From Caldimicrobium thiodismutans (GTDB lineage Bacteria; Desulfobacterota; Thermodesulfobacteria; Thermodesulfobacteriales; Thermodesulfobacteriaceae), in assembly GCF_001548275.1 (NCBI RefSeq), contig NZ_AP014945.1:120001-152000 (forward strand): a stretch of DNA of 32,000 nucleotides, read 5' to 3'. A model generated the notes under the pieces. The model saw only the letters and a list, made by a program, of their open reading frames with translations. It was not told the origin of the DNA and ran no database searches. The stretch's first letter is position 1, and each line of letters opens with the position of its first letter. Of this stretch, positions 1 to 6,944 are shown in pieces. The position numbers were made by a program, and so were the translations under genes.

Positions 1-1
1 T

Positions 2-325
2 GATCTTCCTCATGGTCTTGGCTTAAGTATCCTCATGCGTGCCTTTCTTAAAAGATTTGGTCATCACAAAGTGGTTAGAAGATTTTTTCTTGAGGTCCTT
101 GAAGTCCCAGAAGGTAAAGATCTTGCCAGAAGGGGGCTTAAGACCTTTGATAGTTTATTAACTTATTTTGAATTACCAAGATCTCTCAAGGCCTGTGGTC
201 TTTCTCGGGAGGATTTAAATTTTCTCATTGAGAAGGCCTGGGAGATACTCTTTATCTGGAAGGCAGAAAGGGAATTTAATAAAGATATTGTTAAGGAAAT
301 CTATGAAATAGCTTATGAGGGTTGA
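2..325 (+). CDS. C-terminal fragment of an iron-containing (group III) alcohol dehydrogenase-family protein; the 5' end lies outside the window
   Basis: The frame is open from the window edge (frame of nt 2) to TGA at 323-325. The translation DLPHGLGLSIL... resembles the conserved PHG metal-ligand region and helical C-terminal domain of Fe-ADH proteins. The family call is from memory and was not searched. Confidence 0.45.
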   Translation, partial: DLPHGLGLSILMRAFLKRFGHHKVVRRFFLEVLEVPEGKDLARRGLKTFDSLLTYFELPRSLKACGLSREDLNFLIEKAWEILFIWKAEREFNKDIVKEIYEIAYEG

Positions 326-327
326 AT

Positions 328-987
328 TTAAACTGCCTTCCATTCGGTAATTAAGAAGTTATCAATAATAAAGTGATTTTTGATCTGGAAGTGTCTAATT
401 CTCTTAAGACTTTTAAAGCCTTCACCTCCCACAAGGGTAGGCACATTTTCTCCCCCCACAACCACAGGTAAATGGATAATTCTCAATTCATCTACAAAAC
501 CAAGACGCATAAATTCCCAGTTTATAGATGCCCCTCCTTCAACCATAAGTTTTTTAATTCCCCTTTGATAGAGCACAGGTAGAAGCCTTTCAAATTCAAC
601 AAGCTCTTCACCAGCATAAAGGACCTCAGCCCCAAGTTCTTTTATTTTTTCAATTCGCTCTTTGGGAGCTCTTTCAGTGGTAACAATGATGGTTTGGGCA
701 TCCTTTGAAAAGATACTGGCATTGTAGGGGACATTGGCTGTTGAACAGGGGATAATTCTTATAGGATTTTTTCCTTCCACATGACGAACGGTTAAACTTG
801 GATCGTCAGTTCTAACAGTTTCACAGCCAACCATGATTCCATCTACTTCAGCTCTAATGCTGTGAAGGTATTTATAAACCTCTCTGGTCATGAGGCTCAT
901 AAGTTCCTTGGAGGAGGCACCTCTATAAAGGGTTAATTTCCCATCTAAGGTAACCTCTGAAACAATAATAACATAAGGTCTATTCAT
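328..987 (-). CDS. 2,5-diamino-6-(ribosylamino)-4(3H)-pyrimidinone 5'-phosphate reductase (RibD C-terminal / DHFR-like fold, archaeal-type stand-alone form)
   Basis: This is a 219-aa ORF. The N-terminus MNRPYVIIVSEVTLDGKLT, then IRAEVDGIMVGCETVRTDDPSLTV, then MVEGGASINWEF closely follow the stand-alone riboflavin-pathway reductase of methanogens as I recall it. Its start overlaps the stop of the upstream gene by 8 nt. Confidence 0.75.
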   Translation of the reverse strand: MNRPYVIIVSEVTLDGKLTLYRGASSKELMSLMTREVYKYLHSIRAEVDGIMVGCETVRTDDPSLTVRHVEGKNPIRIIPCSTANVPYNASIFSKDAQTIIVTTERAPKERIEKIKELGAEVLYAGEELVEFERLLPVLYQRGIKKLMVEGGASINWEFMRLGFVDELRIIHLPVVVGGENVPTLVGGEGFKSLKRIRHFQIKNHFIIDNFLITEWKAV

Positions 988-1606
988 CTTCCACCTTCCC
1001 GAAGTTTTTATAGAGATAAAAAATTCTTTGCAACAGAGAAAGGGCTGTAAGAATAGTTATGAGTTTAAGCCCGAAGGCAAGCCCAGTGTTAAAATGAGCC
1101 TTTTCTAAGATCGTAAAAATGGCGAGGGCAAGATGAGTTTCTGGGCGGCCAAAAAAACCAACCCCCTCTAAGGGGTCAAGGATTTTTCCTTTGATTTTTA
1201 CCTCAAAACCGATTTCAGAATAAACAACAGGTTTTATAAAGGAATGAAGTAAAGAGAGGGTTATGGCAAAGGTAGCCCAGGTAGGACCTGCGTAAATATA
1301 TCCGATTGTTCCAAGAATTAGGCCATCTACCCACTTATCCGCAATCCAGTCAAAGACCGCTCCAAACTTAGTAGGTCTTTCCATAAAACGGGCTACCGCT
1401 CCATCTATGAGGTCAAAAAGTCCAGACAAAAGTAGGAGTAAAAGGGCGGTAAGAAGATTATCATAATAATAAGCTAAGGCAGAGGCTGTGCCAGTTAAGA
1501 TGGAAAGTAAGGTGATGAAATTGGGGGGAGTTTTAAGCTTGTAAAAGACATAGGCCAGGGGAAGGTAGAAGCGTTTTAGAGACTCCCTCTTTTCTGTAAG
1601 ATTCAT
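980..1606 (-). CDS. CDP-alcohol phosphatidyltransferase family protein (integral membrane)
   Basis: This is a 208-aa hydrophobic ORF. It carries the family motif D-G-x2-A-R-x8-G-x3-D-x3-D (DLIDGAVARFMERPTKFGAVFDWIADKWVD). There is no SD, and the ATG lies 9 nt after a TAAAAT -10 hexamer. Confidence 0.75.
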   Translation of the reverse strand: MNLTEKRESLKRFYLPLAYVFYKLKTPPNFITLLSILTGTASALAYYYDNLLTALLLLLLSGLFDLIDGAVARFMERPTKFGAVFDWIADKWVDGLILGTIGYIYAGPTWATFAITLSLLHSFIKPVVYSEIGFEVKIKGKILDPLEGVGFFGRPETHLALAIFTILEKAHFNTGLAFGLKLITILTALSLLQRIFYLYKNFGKVEDE

Positions 1607-1615
1607 AATAATTTA

Positions 1616-1676
1616 ATTTTAAAGAACTAAGGGGTTTTGTCAAGGCAGTTGTATAAGTCCATATCTTTTGAGACTC
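1616..1676 (-). promoter_or_regulatory. Box-type promoter P1 for the 1606..328 operon: box, -35 TTGACA, -10 TAAAAT
   Basis: On the minus strand the box GAGTCTCAAAAGATATGGACTTATAC occupies 1676-1651. A 7-nt gap follows, then TTGACA (1643-1638), a 16-nt spacer, TAAAAT (1621-1616), 9 nt and the ATG at 1606. Confidence 0.6.
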
Positions 1677-1800
1677 TATAGGATTTTTTCTTAGGGCGTA
1701 ACACAAATTAAATCTCTCCACACAATCCCCCTTCGGAAAGAAAGGATAAATAATCTTTAAAATCTTTCTTTTAAGTAGGGGTTTAAAATTTTAAACCCCT
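1637..1800. repeat. Left arm of a ~165-bp inverted repeat flanking the 1979-3529 gene; it ends in a 24-bp perfect palindrome
   Basis: 1637-1800 aligns by eye at roughly 90% identity from TCCATATC onward with the reverse complement of 3746-3912. The inner end is AGGGGTTTAAAATTTTAAACCCCT (1777-1800). Weaker similarity continues to about 1850. Confidence 0.85.
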
Positions 1801-1943
1801 ACCCTGGATACCTCAAAAGCAGAAACAGTTGCCTCTGTTCCATACTTTTTACCACCCCTCCTCAAACACCTTAGGTCTGCCCCTACATTAATGATGAAAA
1901 CTGTCTATTTTTAAAAAGGGATTGCACAAGGAAAGAGCTAACA

Positions 1944-1972
1944 TTGATTTTTCATAAAAGAAGCCTTAAAAT
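1944..1972 (+). promoter_or_regulatory. Sigma-70-like promoter placed for a leaderless transcript of the 1979 gene
   Basis: TTGATT (1944-1949), a 17-nt spacer, TAAAAT (1967-1972), 6 nt (aaagct), then the ATG at 1979. There is no SD. Confidence 0.5.
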
Positions 1973-1978
1973 AAAGCT

Positions 1979-3529
1979 ATGGAGAAAAAGCTTCCCATCG
2001 GGATTTCAAGCTTTGAAAAGATTAGAAGTGAGCCCTATTATTATGTGGATAAAACTCCATTTGTTGTAAAGCTTGTTGAAGAGGGAACTTATTATTTTCT
2101 CTCCCGCCCAAGGAGATTTGGAAAATCCCTTTTTGTGGATACCCTGAAACAGGCCTTCCTTGGAAGAAAAGAGCTTTTCCAAGGGCTCTATCTTGAAAAG
2201 AACTGGGACTGGAGTGTCAGGTATCCTGTTATACATATTGATTTTGGGGGAGGAGAGGTTAAAAGTATAGAAGCCCTTGAGAAATGGATACTTCAGCAAC
2301 TTGAGGAACATCAAAATCTTTATGATATTACCTGCAAATGGAAAGATGATTATCATGCCTGTTTCAGGGAACTAATCTTAAAACTTTCTCAGAAATATGC
2401 ATCTAAAGTAGTAGTTCTTGTTGATGAGTATGACAAACCCATTCTTGATTGCATTGAGGATAGAGAAACTGCAAAGGCAGTAAGAGATGTCCTTAAGAAT
2501 TTTTATAGTGTCTTAAAACCCCTTGATGCTCAGCTCAAGTTTGTTTTCTTAACAGGGGTCTCTAAATTCTCAAAGGTTTCTCTTTTTTCTGGGCTAAATC
2601 AGTTAAATGATATTACCATTGATAAGAGATTTGCAGAAATCTGTGGATACACTCAAGAAGAGCTTGAAGAGGTCTTCAGAGAGGAATTAGAAGATAAGGA
2701 TTTAGAGCTTATAAGATGCTGGTATAATGGTTATTCCTGGCTTGGGGAGCCTCTCTACAATCCCTTTGATATCCTTCTCTATTTAGAGGAAAAAAAATTC
2801 CACCCCTACTGGTTTGAAACTGGGACTCCAAGTTTTCTTGTAAAACTTTTAATGGAGAAGCGTTTTTATCTTCCCGAGCTTGAAGACCTAACTGCAACTG
2901 ATGACCTTATTGGCTCTTTTGACCTTGACTATATTGAACCAGAAAACCTTCTCTTTCAGGTAGGTTATTTGACCATCAAAGAAACTATAGAAGAGGAAGG
3001 GTTAGTTCTCTATAAGCTTTCTTATCCGAATAAAGAGGTAAAGATTAGTTTAAATAGAGTTCTTTTTTCTTATTTTACTCAGCTCAGTTCAGAAAGACCA
3101 AGGCTATCTCTTAAGATGATTGAGGCAGTGAGGGAGAGGGATTTTGAGAAGATGAAGAGGGTTCTTGAGAGTCTTTATGCAGGGATCCCCCATGATTGGT
3201 TCAGGAAAAATGAGCTTTCCCGTTATGAGGGGTATTATGCCAGTTGTTTTTATGCCTTTTTATGTGGGTCAGGGCTTGAGGTGATACCTGAGGATATAAC
3301 AAATAAGGGGCAGATAGATTTGACGGTGCTCTATAGGGAAAGGGTTTATCTTTTTGAGTTCAAGGTGGTTGAGGGAGAGGGGGGAGAAGCTAAAGCTTTA
3401 GCTCAACTGAAGGAGAAGGGTTATCACAAGAAGTATGATGGTTCAGCCAAGGAGATTTATCTTATTGGGATTGAGTTTTCTTCAGGGGAGAGGAATCTTA
3501 AGAGTTTTTTCTGGGAAAAAATAAATTGA
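1979..3529 (+). CDS. AAA-ATPase-like protein with a C-terminal PD-(D/E)XK nuclease domain (the 'predicted AAA-ATPase' / PDDEXK_9 architecture)
   Basis: This is a 516-aa ORF. The N-terminus LPIGISSFEKIRSEPYYYVDKTPFVVKLVEEGTYYFLSRPRRFGKSLFVDTL is the hallmark of this family. VVVLVDEYDKP is Walker-B-like. The C-terminal GQIDLTVLYRERVYLFEFKV fits a D...E-x-K nuclease core. Confidence 0.8.
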   Translation: MEKKLPIGISSFEKIRSEPYYYVDKTPFVVKLVEEGTYYFLSRPRRFGKSLFVDTLKQAFLGRKELFQGLYLEKNWDWSVRYPVIHIDFGGGEVKSIEALEKWILQQLEEHQNLYDITCKWKDDYHACFRELILKLSQKYASKVVVLVDEYDKPILDCIEDRETAKAVRDVLKNFYSVLKPLDAQLKFVFLTGVSKFSKVSLFSGLNQLNDITIDKRFAEICGYTQEELEEVFREELEDKDLELIRCWYNGYSWLGEPLYNPFDILLYLEEKKFHPYWFETGTPSFLVKLLMEKRFYLPELEDLTATDDLIGSFDLDYIEPENLLFQVGYLTIKETIEEEGLVLYKLSYPNKEVKISLNRVLFSYFTQLSSERPRLSLKMIEAVRERDFEKMKRVLESLYAGIPHDWFRKNELSRYEGYYASCFYAFLCGSGLEVIPEDITNKGQIDLTVLYRERVYLFEFKVVEGEGGEAKALAQLKEKGYHKKYDGSAKEIYLIGIEFSSGERNLKSFFWEKIN

Positions 3530-3552
3530 TTTTTTACTGCTTTATTATGGAA

Positions 3553-3582
3553 GTCTGCATAAGTTCATATCCTTACAAGAAG
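3553..3582. repeat. Distal box of the tRNA-Tyr promoter module, an inverted copy of the promoter box
   Basis: GTCTGCATAAGTTCATATCCTTACAAGAAG. Its GCATAAGTTCATATCCTT part matches the reverse complement of the promoter box (GCATGCGTCCATATCTTT) at 13 of 18 positions without gaps. Related copies lie at 27281-27305, 31664-31686 and, reverse-complemented, 22581-22607. Confidence 0.7.
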
Positions 3583-3640
3583 AAGGAAGTGGGGTAAAAG
3601 GGGAATTAGATATCTATATAAGGGAGGTTATACAAGTCTG

Positions 3641-3724
3641 AAAGTAACACAGGCAATCTTGCCTGTGGAGGTAAATTACACTTCAATGTATGAAAGAAAC
3701 ACAGACAAGAATGTCTGTGCTACA
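3641..3724. repeat. Two tandem ~32-nt units, each containing a hairpin
   Basis: GAAAGTAACACAGGCAATCTTGCCTGTGGAGG has the stem CACAGGCA/TGCCTGTG at 3648-3667. GAAAGAAACACAGACAAGAATGTCTGTGCTAC has the stem CACAGAC/GTCTGTG at 3700-3719. A related hairpin occurs in the left arm at about 1820-1841. Confidence 0.6.
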
Positions 3725-3745
3725 ACAAACCCACAAAAAAATTCA

Positions 3746-3912
3746 AGGGGTTTAAAATTTTAAACCCCTACTTAAGGAAAGATTTTGCAGATTTTTTATC
3801 CTTTCTTTCCGAAGGGGAATGGGTATGTGGAGAGGTTTAATTTGTGTTAGGCCCAAAGAAAAAATCCTATAGAGTCTTAAAAGATATGGACGCATGCATG
3901 CCCTTGACAAAA
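3746..3912. repeat. Right arm of the ~165-bp inverted repeat; it starts with the same 24-bp palindrome
   Basis: AGGGGTTTAAAATTTTAAACCCCT lies at 3746-3769. The rest is the reverse complement of 1637-1776 with scattered substitutions and small indels. On the minus strand the palindrome is followed by TGAATTTTTTT. Confidence 0.85.
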
Positions 3913-3931
3913 TGTTAAAATAAGTTAATTT
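3872..3931 (+). promoter_or_regulatory. Box-type promoter P2 for the tRNA-Tyr/Gly/Thr-tuf transcription unit
   Basis: Box GAGTCTTAAAAGATATGGACGCATGC (3872-3897), a 6-nt gap, TTGACA (3904-3909), a 16-nt spacer, then the candidate -10 TAATTT (3926-3931). The tRNA-Tyr 5' end is at 3946. Confidence 0.55.
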
Positions 3932-3945
3932 TATTAATACAAAAA

Positions 3946-4027
3946 GGAGGGGTACCCGAGTGGCCAAAGGGGCTGGGCTGTAAACCCAGTGGCTTCGCCT
4001 TCGGAGGTTCGAATCCTCCCCCCTCCA
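3946..4027 (+). tRNA. tRNA-Tyr (anticodon GTA), class II with a long variable arm
   Basis: The acceptor GGAGGGG pairs with CCCCTCC. The anticodon loop is CTGTAAA and the T-arm is GGAGG-TTCGAAT-CCTCC. It closely parallels bacterial tRNA-Tyr. No CCA is encoded. Confidence 0.9.
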
Positions 4028-4043
4028 CTTTTAGGATAATAAA

Positions 4044-4115
4044 GCGGGCGTAGCTCAGTGGTAGAGCATCAGCCTTCCAAGCTGAGGGTCGCGGGTTCGA
4101 ATCCCGTCGCCCGCT
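4044..4115 (+). tRNA. tRNA-Gly (anticodon TCC)
   Basis: The acceptor GCGGGCG pairs with CGCCCGC. The D-arm is GCTC/GAGC, the anticodon loop is CTTCCAA and the T-loop is TTCGAAT. Confidence 0.9.
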
Positions 4116-4129
4116 TTTATAAATTTTAT

Positions 4130-4202
4130 GCCCACGTAGCTCAGGAGGCAGAGCACTTCCTTGGTAAGGAAGAGGTCACCGGTTCGAATCCGGTCGTGGG
4201 CT
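4130..4202 (+). tRNA. tRNA-Thr (anticodon GGT)
   Basis: The acceptor GCCCACG pairs with CGTGGGC. The anticodon stem is CTTCC/GGAAG with loop TTGGTAA, and the T-loop is TTCGAAT. The tRNA cluster lies directly upstream of tuf, as in many bacteria. Confidence 0.9.
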
Positions 4203-4240
4203 TAAAGCCTTACGGATAAAAACATTTAGGAGGAAAAGCT

Positions 4241-5440
4241 ATGGCCAAGCAGAAATTTGAGCGTAAGAAGCCCCACTTAAATGTAGGAACAATAGGACAC
4301 ATTGACCACGGTAAAACCACATTAACGAGTGCAATAACCAGGGTTTTATCTACGAAGGGGTATGCCCAGTGGATACCCTTTGATAGCATTGATAAGGCCC
4401 CTGAGGAGAAGGCGCGTGGAATAACCATTCAGCTTGCCCATGTGGAGTATGAGAGTGATAAGAGGCACTATGCGCATATAGATTGTCCGGGGCATGCGGA
4501 CTATATAAAGAACATGATAACAGGAGCAGCGCAGATGGATGGAGCGATACTTGTGGTTGCGGCAACGGATGGGCCTATGCCGCAGACGAGGGAGCATGTA
4601 TTACTTGCTCGTCAGGTGAATGTTCCAGCGATGGTGGTGTTTATGAACAAGATAGACATGGTGGATGATGCGGAGTTACTTGATTTAGTTGAGCTTGAGG
4701 TGAGGGAGTTATTGAGCAAGTATGGATTTCCTGGGGATGAGGTGCCAGTGATAAGGGGTAGTGCCTTGAAGGCGCTTGAGTGTGGGTGTGGAAAGGAGGA
4801 GTGTCAGTGGTGTGGGGCGATATGGCAGTTGGTGAAGGCGATGGATGATTATATACCTGAGCCAGTTAGGGATATAGATAAGCCATTTCTTATGCCGGTT
4901 GAGGATGTGTTTAGTATAAGTGGTAGGGGTACGGTAGTGACAGGAAAGGTGGAGAGGGGGGTATTGAAGCCTGGAGAGGAGGTGGAGATAGTAGGGTTAA
5001 GGCCAACGATAAAGACGGTGGCAACGAGTCTTGAGATGTTCAGGAAGATACTGGATGAGGCGTTACCTGGAGACAATGTGGGGGTGTTGTTGAGGGGAGT
5101 TGGGAAGGATGATGTGGAGAGGGGTCAGGTATTAGCGAAACCTGGGACGATAAAGCCGCATACGAAGTTTAAGGCAGAGGTATATGTATTGAAGAAGGAG
5201 GAGGGGGGTAGGCATACACCTTTTTTTAATGGATACAGGCCACAGTTTTATTTTAGGACAACGGATGTTACAGGGGTAGTGAGTTTACCGGAGGGAGTGG
5301 AGATGGTGATGCCTGGAGATAATGTGGAGTTTGAGGTGGAGTTAATAAAGCCGGTAGCGTTGGAGGAGGGATTGAGGTTTGCGGTGAGAGAGGGAGGAAG
5401 GACAGTTGGAGCTGGAGTTGTAACCAAGATTATAGAATAG
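4241..5440 (+). CDS. tuf: Elongation factor Tu
   Basis: This is a 399-aa ORF with [10 protein letters not shown] (G1), DCPGH (G3) and NKID (G4). The SD AGGAGG precedes the ATG. It contains an unusual Cys-rich insertion, described in the findings. Confidence 0.98.
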   Translation: MAKQKFERKKPHLNVGTIGHIDHGKTTLTSAITRVLSTKGYAQWIPFDSIDKAPEEKARGITIQLAHVEYESDKRHYAHIDCPGHADYIKNMITGAAQMDGAILVVAATDGPMPQTREHVLLARQVNVPAMVVFMNKIDMVDDAELLDLVELEVRELLSKYGFPGDEVPVIRGSALKALECGCGKEECQWCGAIWQLVKAMDDYIPEPVRDIDKPFLMPVEDVFSISGRGTVVTGKVERGVLKPGEEVEIVGLRPTIKTVATSLEMFRKILDEALPGDNVGVLLRGVGKDDVERGQVLAKPGTIKPHTKFKAEVYVLKKEEGGRHTPFFNGYRPQFYFRTTDVTGVVSLPEGVEMVMPGDNVEFEVELIKPVALEEGLRFAVREGGRTVGAGVVTKIIE

Positions 5441-5450
5441 GGGCAAGAGA

Positions 5451-5621
5451 ATGGCTAAAAAAGGAGAAGCAAGAGTTACAATTCATTTACAGTGCACTGA
5501 GTGTAAAAGGATAAATTATACAACCAGTAAAAATAGAAGAAATACCCCAGACAGGCTTGAGCTAAAGAAATATTGTCCCTGGGATAGAAAGCATACCTCC
5601 CATAGAGAGGTTAAAAAATAA
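5451..5621 (+). CDS. rpmG: 50S ribosomal protein L33
   Basis: This 56-aa ORF falls below the ORF-track length cutoff. It reads [56 protein letters not shown]. The CxxC...C Zn-ribbon pattern and the position between tuf and tRNA-Trp/secE are both classical. Confidence 0.9.
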   Translation: MAKKGEARVTIHLQCTECKRINYTTSKNRRNTPDRLELKKYCPWDRKHTSHREVKK

Positions 5622-5624
5622 GGT

Positions 5625-5701
5625 AGGGCAGTAGCTCAACTTGGCAGAGCATCGGACTCCAAATCCGAAGGCTGGGGGTTCAAGTCCCTCCTGCCCTGCC
5701 A
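5625..5701 (+). tRNA. tRNA-Trp (anticodon CCA), 3' CCA encoded
   Basis: The acceptor AGGGCAG pairs with CTGCCCT. The anticodon loop is CTCCAAA and the T-loop is TTCAAGT. The gene ends GCCA. Confidence 0.9.
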
Positions 5702-5729
5702 TTTTTATTATTTTAAAGGAAAGGAATAA

Positions 5730-5960
5730 ATGAAAGAGCCTGTGAAAAAGGGAGTAACTGAGGGTAGTGTTAGCTTTTTAGAAAGGACTATCCGATTTTT
5801 AAAAGAAGTTAAAATAGAGGCCAGGAAGATCACCTGGGCTCAGAGAAAACCAGTTTTAATGACCAGTTTGATGGTGATTTTTTTTAGTCTTTTTATAGGA
5901 GCCTATTTAGGTATTTTGGATGTTATCTATAATTTTATTATTTCTTTGATGGTGAAATAG
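5730..5960 (+). CDS. secE: Preprotein translocase subunit SecE
   Basis: This is a 76-aa ORF with a single C-terminal TM helix. EARKITWAQRKPV matches the SecE signature (E-x-rKV-x-WP-type). It lies immediately upstream of nusG. Confidence 0.9.
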   Translation: MKEPVKKGVTEGSVSFLERTIRFLKEVKIEARKITWAQRKPVLMTSLMVIFFSLFIGAYLGILDVIYNFIISLMVK

Positions 5961-6488
5961 ATGGCAAAAAACTGGTATTCCATACAGGTCTGGTCTGGGA
6001 AAGAGGAAGAGGTAAAGAAAAACCTTGAGAAATATCTTGCAGAAAATAATTTAAGTGATAAAGTTGAGAAAATTTTTGTTCCTCCTCCCAAGGAGATAGA
6101 AATCCTTTTTTCTCCTGAAAAACAGGAGGTAAGAAGGTATTATTCAGGTTATTTTTTGATTTATGCAGAGCTTGATGAGGATTTAAGGAGCGCTATAAAA
6201 TCTATGGAAGGTGTTTTGGATGTAGTGGGTGGGGATAAGATATACTTTTTCCGCACCGAGGAAGTGGAAAAGCTTATGAATCAACTTGTAGTTGAAGAGA
6301 TTAAGCCCAAGCCAAGATACCAATTTATGCCTGGTGATAAAGTTAAGATTACTGAAGGGCCTTTTGCCAATTTTATTGGAACTGTTGAGGAGGTTAAGCC
6401 TGATAAAGGTAAGGTCAAGGTGCTGGTAAGTATTTTTGGCCGGGAGACCCCGGTAGATATAGATTTTACAAATTTACAGAAGATCTAA
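5961..6488 (+). CDS. nusG: Transcription termination/antitermination factor NusG
   Basis: This is a 175-aa ORF. The N-terminus KNWYSIQVWSGKEEEV is the NGN domain, and the C-terminal KOW motif is GDKVKITEGPFANFIGTVEEV. The ATG abuts the secE stop. Confidence 0.95.
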   Translation: MAKNWYSIQVWSGKEEEVKKNLEKYLAENNLSDKVEKIFVPPPKEIEILFSPEKQEVRRYYSGYFLIYAELDEDLRSAIKSMEGVLDVVGGDKIYFFRTEEVEKLMNQLVVEEIKPKPRYQFMPGDKVKITEGPFANFIGTVEEVKPDKGKVKVLVSIFGRETPVDIDFTNLQKI

Positions 6489-6507
6489 AGGAAGGAGGAT
6501 ACTTTAA

Positions 6508-6933
6508 ATGGCTAAAAAGGTCATTACTCAGATAAAATTACAGCTTCCAGCTGGTCAGGCTACCCCTGCTCCTCCAGTAGGACCTGCTCTGGGTCAGCAT
6601 GGTGTTAATATTATGGAGTTTGTGAAGGCCTTTAATGAGAAAACACGAGCTCAAGAAGGCTATATAATTCCTGTGGTGATAACGGTTTATGCAGATAGAT
6701 CCTTTACCTTTGAGTTGAAGACGCCTCCTGCCTCGGTGCTTCTTAAAAAGGCTGCTGGTGTTGAGACAGGTGCTCATACTACCAAGAAAGAAATAGTGGG
6801 AAAGATCACCAGAAAACAGCTTGAAGAGATAGCTAAAACCAAGATGGTAGATATGACAGCAGCCTCTTTGGAGGCAGCTATGCGCACCATTGAAGGGACA
6901 GCCAGATCCATGGGAATTGAAATTGTGGACTAA
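6508..6933 (+). CDS. rplK: 50S ribosomal protein L11
   Basis: This is a 141-aa [37 protein letters not shown] is the canonical L11 N-terminus. Confidence 0.97.
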   Translation: MAKKVITQIKLQLPAGQATPAPPVGPALGQHGVNIMEFVKAFNEKTRAQEGYIIPVVITVYADRSFTFELKTPPASVLLKKAAGVETGAHTTKKEIVGKITRKQLEEIAKTKMVDMTAASLEAAMRTIEGTARSMGIEIVD

Positions 6934-6944
6934 GGAGATAAGCC

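Noticed and set aside
1634-1670. A divergent promoter might be hidden in the box. The reverse complement of TTGACAA gives TTGTCAA, and CATATC of the box lies 16-17 nt downstream. That could drive an sRNA across the module toward the palindrome.
   Set aside because: CATATC lacks the critical final T of a -10 hexamer. The TTGTCA is an automatic consequence of the near-palindromic -35. Only one of the two arm copies has a T-run after the hairpin. This is not supportable without transcript data.
1533-1721. A 62-aa minus-strand ORF over the P1 promoter, and a 71-aa minus-strand ORF at 3752-3967 over the right arm. I considered whether the inverted repeat encodes a duplicated small protein.
   Set aside because: The arms are inverted but both ORFs are on the same strand, so they are not homologous. 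One overlaps the start of a real CDS and the other overlaps tRNA-Tyr. Neither has an SD.
3641-3724. I considered whether the twin hairpin units, or the repeat family in general, form a degenerate CRISPR array.
   Set aside because: There are only two adjacent units, their spacing is unlike repeat-spacer periodicity, no cas genes lie in the window, and the other repeat copies are dispersed and tied to promoters.
4210-5076. Several 60-83-aa ORFs in the track lie antisense to, or out of frame within, tuf: 4210-4428, 4346-4597, 4350-4565, 4483-4668 and 4849-5076.
   Set aside because: They lie wholly inside a very well supported EF-Tu CDS. They have no SD or promoter and show low-complexity translations. 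These are shadow ORFs produced by the skewed codon composition.
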